Position numbers and translations under genes: made by a program. The notes under the pieces were generated by a model that saw only the letters and a list, made by a program, of their open reading frames with translations, made no database searches and had not been told where the DNA came from. A stretch of 64,000 nt of DNA, from the NCBI GenBank assembly GCA_020891255.1, contig BQFW01000014.1, positions 1,984,001-2,048,000 of the forward strand, written 5' to 3'. Shown piece after piece: positions 59,614 through 64,000 of this stretch. Position 1 is the first letter of the stretch; the number at the start of each line of letters is the position of its first letter. This DNA is from Entomortierella parvispora E1425 (lineage: Eukaryota; Fungi; Mortierellomycota).

Positions 59614-61241
59614 GGGGAGGATTGTCACGAACCGTCAGATATCAGCCGCGATCTGTCACGTGCCGTGCTGGGCACCAATTGGTCACTCCATTCCACCCAT
59701 TGTCGGAACGCGTCTTGCTTGATAAAGGATCCGAACCTAGGATCTAGGGTCAAACCCATTGGAGTCCTCCAGGGTCTAGACTTCGGATGTTCTATCTATC
59801 ATTGATATATATCCGTCGGCTGCACCCATTTGGACCTCCATCTCCTCCTTCATCACCGTTGTCGCCATCTACGACCCAACTCATAGGTCGAGCTTATGAT
59901 TATACTTCCCGGCGCCCTCCCTGACACAACGCAGACAAGGTCCAGGCCCGCACCTCTCTCTAGTATAAAAACCCCCTTGATTCATAGCTGTATTCCCCAG
60001 TCTGCAATTCACAATTCCCAATAAACCATACCTTCCCTCTTTCTCTTGTTCCTGCCTTGTCCGACCGTGACAGTACCTCTCCCTATGGCGCCCCCGTGCT
60101 CTTTGTGCGGAAGAAGGACGGCACACTCCGAATGTGCGTCGACTACCGTGGCCTCAACAAGATCACCAGGAAGAACAGACACCCGTTGCCCCGTATCGAT
60201 GAGCTACTTGACCGCTTCCGTGGAGCACGCTATTACTCCAAGTTGGACTTGTTATCCGGTTATCATCAGCAGCGTATCTTTGAACCACACACACACAAGA
60301 CTGCCTTCCGTTGTCGCTATGGTCACTTTGAGTTCAATGTTGTTCCCTTTGGCCTTACTAACGCTCCTGCTTCGTTCTCCAATATGATGTTGCGAGTGCT
60401 CGATCCAGTCTTGGACAAATGGGTTGTCGTGTATCTCGACGATCTGTTGATCTACTCCAAGACAAAGAAAGAACACCTGCAGCATCTCCGAAGCGTCCTG
60501 GCTCTCCTCCGCAAGAATGGTCTGTACGCGAAATTGAGCAAGTGCTCCTTCATGCAAGACGAAACTGAATTTTTGGGCCACACCATCACGAAGGACGGGA
60601 TCAAAACATCGGCCGGGCTCAGCAAAGCCATCAGTGACTGGCCCACCCCCAAGAGCGCAATTTTATCAACAGTACGTATCGGGCTTTGCAGGGATTGCCC
60701 TCCCTCTCTCTTCCCTCCTCGCCAACAACACTCCCTTCAAATGGACCGACGAACAACAATCTGCATTCCTTCAGCTCAAACGCGCCATCTGCTCCGCCCC
60801 CGTCCTCCGCATCTTCGACCCCGATCTCCTCACCTTTGTCGAAACAGATGCATCCGGTTTCGCCATCGGTGCAGTGCTGCTGCAGACTGACCGGGAAGGG
60901 AATACCCATCCCATCGCATTCACTTCCAGGAAAATGCAGTCAGCTGAGCGGAACTACCCTGTCCATGAGCAGGAACTGTTGGCTGTCATCCATGCGCTCC
61001 GCACTTGGCGCTACTACCTCGATGGAACCAAGTTCAGCGTCCACACCGACCACGCCACCCTCCGCCACTTCCCCACACAGCCCAAACTCACTCGTCGACA
61101 GGCTCGCTGGATGGAGTTGCTTCAGGAATACGACTTTGACTTCAAGTACAAGCGAGGAGTTGACAACATCGTCCCAGACGCTCTCTCCCGACGACCGGAC
61201 TACCGCGAGCCTGACCCTGTTGAGCTATACGACCTAAGCGT

Positions 61242-62275
61242 TGTGATGTTGTCTAAAGTAAGTATAGTCTAACGTCAGCAAAGGCTGGAGGTGAAAATGA
61301 TAACGAAAAGAATAATAACGAACAAAGCTCGCTGCTTACATATGATAGGGACTTTGCTCTCTGTGCCACAAGGATCAAGCACAGCACTGCTATATGATCA
61401 GATACAATCTCGAGAGAATGAACTGGATAGACAGGAGGAGGAGAATGAGCAACAGGATCACGATATAAGCAGGAACGAAACTGAAAGGAGACTAATAAGG
61501 ACATACCAATGAGCTAAGCACGTCCTAATGGTAACCAAACAGGAGAATAAACAACTACGGAGGCGAACACTAGGTACTATACTAACTAATAACAACAACA
61601 AGGGAGGATTGAAGGGTTCTAATCAGTAAGAGCACGGCCAGAAATATTCTATCCAGGGAAAGGGGACAAGGCCGCCTAACTGAGGGTTCAGGAGGGACTC
61701 GAGGGAAGGCGACGAGAAGATAAGGGAGGTTCCCAAGCACCAGTTAAGGCCTCAGGATGCCCAAGCGCCAGTTAAGGCCTCAGGATGGGATGCCAAGATC
61801 GTACAAGTCCACTCAAAAGAGACAAGACATTGTTGGTACTCGTAAGTGAGCAAGGACACGGAGAAGTGGTTGGCCGAGGTTCTTGACGGGACTTGTCGAG
61901 GACGGGGAAGATCGTAACTTGTGAGTGTACAAGGTCGATCAACAGAACGCAATAGGTCTGTGATATCCAAAGGTGGGGGAGGAGGTTTAGACTAGCTACT
62001 AATAGTCTCAGCAATCGGAATTAAGGCGTCGAGCTTGCTGCTGCTGCAAAGGGGATATCGGGCAGGAAGGGGGGGATGTATGTTTGTGTTCTGAAGGGTT
62101 CAACAAAAGTGTACTGGCAGGAATCGTAAAGGAAAAAGGCAACCAGGAGCAAAATGGATTTTGCTCCCTTCTTTATAGAAAAAAAAACTGAAACTAAACA
62201 AAATAATAAATGCTACTGAAAATATATCTCTACTCCGATGGATGTGGACCGGGACTCCACATCTACTACACCACA
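61242..62275 (-). mobile_element. Family D solo LTR in A3
   Basis: Perfect 4-bp TSD GCGT (61238-61241, 62276-62279). Confidence 0.93.
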
Positions 62276-62547
62276 GCGTCTCCCTGTCCCCGGACGTCCA
62301 TGACCAGCTTGTCCAGGACTACAACGACGATCCTCGACTTGGACCCATCTACAAGGATTGCCTGGATGGGAAGGTTGCCAATGGATAGTCATTCCAGAAC
62401 AACCTCCTCTACTTTACCCGACGTGGAGCAACCACCCTGGCCATCCCTCGGCACTCCCCGATCTGCCTCACTCTCTTGCACGACGCTCACGACTCTACCA
62501 CTGCTGGACACTTTGGTTTTCAGAAGACTTACGACAACCTGCGCCGT

Positions 62548-63054
62548 TGTGGTGTTGCTACAATGGGTTGGGGATCGGTCGTAGCTCAAGGAGAGAGGGG
62601 CTGGTCACAAGTGATCAAGGGAAAGGGGATTGCTTGCGAGGGGGAGGATAGACGTTGCAGGATCTCACTGTCTAAACTGTGTGAACCAAGTATCAATAAA
62701 GATCTCAGTCCGGTGGAAGCTCAAGACTTGTACGAAGGCAAGCTTGATCGGCAGAACAGGGTCTGTGATATCCAAAGGTAAAGGGGGGGGGAGGAGGTTA
62801 GACTAGCTACTAATAGTCTCAGCAATCGGAATTAAGGCGTCGATCTTGCTGCTGCTGCAAAGGGGATATCGGGCAGGAAGTGGGGGGGGGATGTGTATGT
62901 GTTCTGTAACGATCAAACAAAGGCAAACGAAAAAGTAGGGAAGGAAGCGACCCAGAGCAATTACTGCTCTGAACACGAAATTATATTAACGCAATCTTTT
63001 AAGGGTATCTAAACTGACTTCTACAAATGTGTGATCCGTATCTACTACACCACA
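62548..63054 (-). mobile_element. Family E solo LTR in A3
   Basis: Perfect 4-bp TSD CCGT (62544-62547, 63055-63058). Confidence 0.92.
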
Positions 63055-64000
63055 CCGTTTCGTATATTGGCCCCACATCGCCAAGGACACCCAGCAGTAT
63101 GTAGCAACCTGCGAGAAGTGTCAAAGGAACAAGGACTCCCAGGATCGACCAGCTGGACTCTTGCAACCGCTACCCATTCCTTCGCAACGTTGGGAGGTAG
63201 TCACCATGGACTTCATCGGCCCTCTTCCGCCCACAGCTAGAAATTTTGACGCCATCACAGTGTTTGTCGACAAGCTGACCAAGCAAGCTCACTTCGTCCC
63301 CAGTACTACCTCTGCCACAGCCGTCGACGTCGCCCACCAGTTTTTTGACAACATCTTTAAGCTGCATGGCACACCAACATCCATCATCTCGGACCGCGAC
63401 ACTCGATTCACTAGTAGATTCTGGCAAGAGTTGCACAGGCTAATGGATGTCAAACTTGCACTGTCAACCGCCTACCACCCACAGACGGATGGGCAGACAG
63501 AGGTTATGAACAAGACGCTGAAGATTATGTTGAGAGCGTTTATTGACAACAAACAGTCTAACTGGGACCAGCTCCTTCCGTCACTGGAATTCGCCTATAA
63601 CAACGCTGTCAATGCATCCACGGGATACTCGCCGTTCTTCCTCAACTCTGGCCAGCACCCTCGTCTCCCCACCGCTCTCCTCGGTAAACCCAGCAGCTCA
63701 GTCCCCACTGTCGATACCTTCCTGATTGAGCAGGCGACCACCCTTGCCCTGGCCCAGGATGCTCTGCAGCGTGCTCAGGATCATCAGGAGCAACAGGCAA
63801 ACAAGCGACGACGGGATCACAAGTACAAGGTTGGCGATAAGGTCCTGCTGCGTGCCACCAATATCACCATCCCTGCCGACAGTATCAGACCAGCCGATAA
63901 GCTTCGACCTCAATTCCTTGGCCCGTTCACACTTTTGGAGCAACACTCACCTGTCACGTTCCGCGTCGAGCTGCCACCATTCTACAAAAATCCATGACGT

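Larger units (their letters stand above)
54105..60072 (+). mobile_element. Full-length, apparently intact Ty3/gypsy chromovirus family C (5968 bp)
   Basis: LTRs 54105-54544 and 59623-60072 (10-bp indel between them), TSD GTACC, PPT AGGGGGAGGAT. Confidence 0.97.
51840..64000 (+). mobile_element. Family A copy A3, hosting C, a D solo LTR and an E solo LTR; runs off the window
   Basis: LTR 51840-51950, PBS, gag to 52989, pol pieces at 53.0-54104, 60078-61241, 62280-62547 and 63059-64000. Confidence 0.93.

Noticed and set aside
62280-62547. RIP-like hypermutation (about 5 substitutions in 270 bp of A3)
   Set aside because: Mixed mutation types, few events, and neighbouring repeats keep long intact ORFs.

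Overview
Eukaryotic, intron-containing fungal DNA. An early-diverging lineage, Mortierella-like, is my inference from gene style and is not proven. Bases 1-18.7 kb are gene-dense: a partial unknown gene, NCR1/NPC1, an FMO pseudogene, NOP12, an Sds3-family gene, ALG6, an orphan gene and a BTB-domain gene. A foldback MITE and a tRNA-Asp(GTC) follow. From 14 bp upstream of the tRNA to the window end (19.5-64 kb) there are no host genes, only deeply nested retroelements. These comprise four Ty3/gypsy families with coding sequence (my labels A, B, C, D), several solo or orphan LTR types, two 5'-truncated RNase-H-type LINEs and a Mutator-like MITE. Target-site duplications (TSDs) allow most of the insertion order to be reconstructed. 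The main observations are: (1) a 4.1-kb inversion between two inverted B copies that splits an otherwise open D pol gene onto opposite strands; (2) LTR insertions stacked at the tRNA 5' flank; (3) different predicted priming modes, namely an extended tRNA-iMet PBS in A, Tf1-type self-priming in C and no tRNA PBS in B; (4) -1 frameshift signals in A, B and C; (5) a CG-centred 4-bp target preference of the D/E LTRs.
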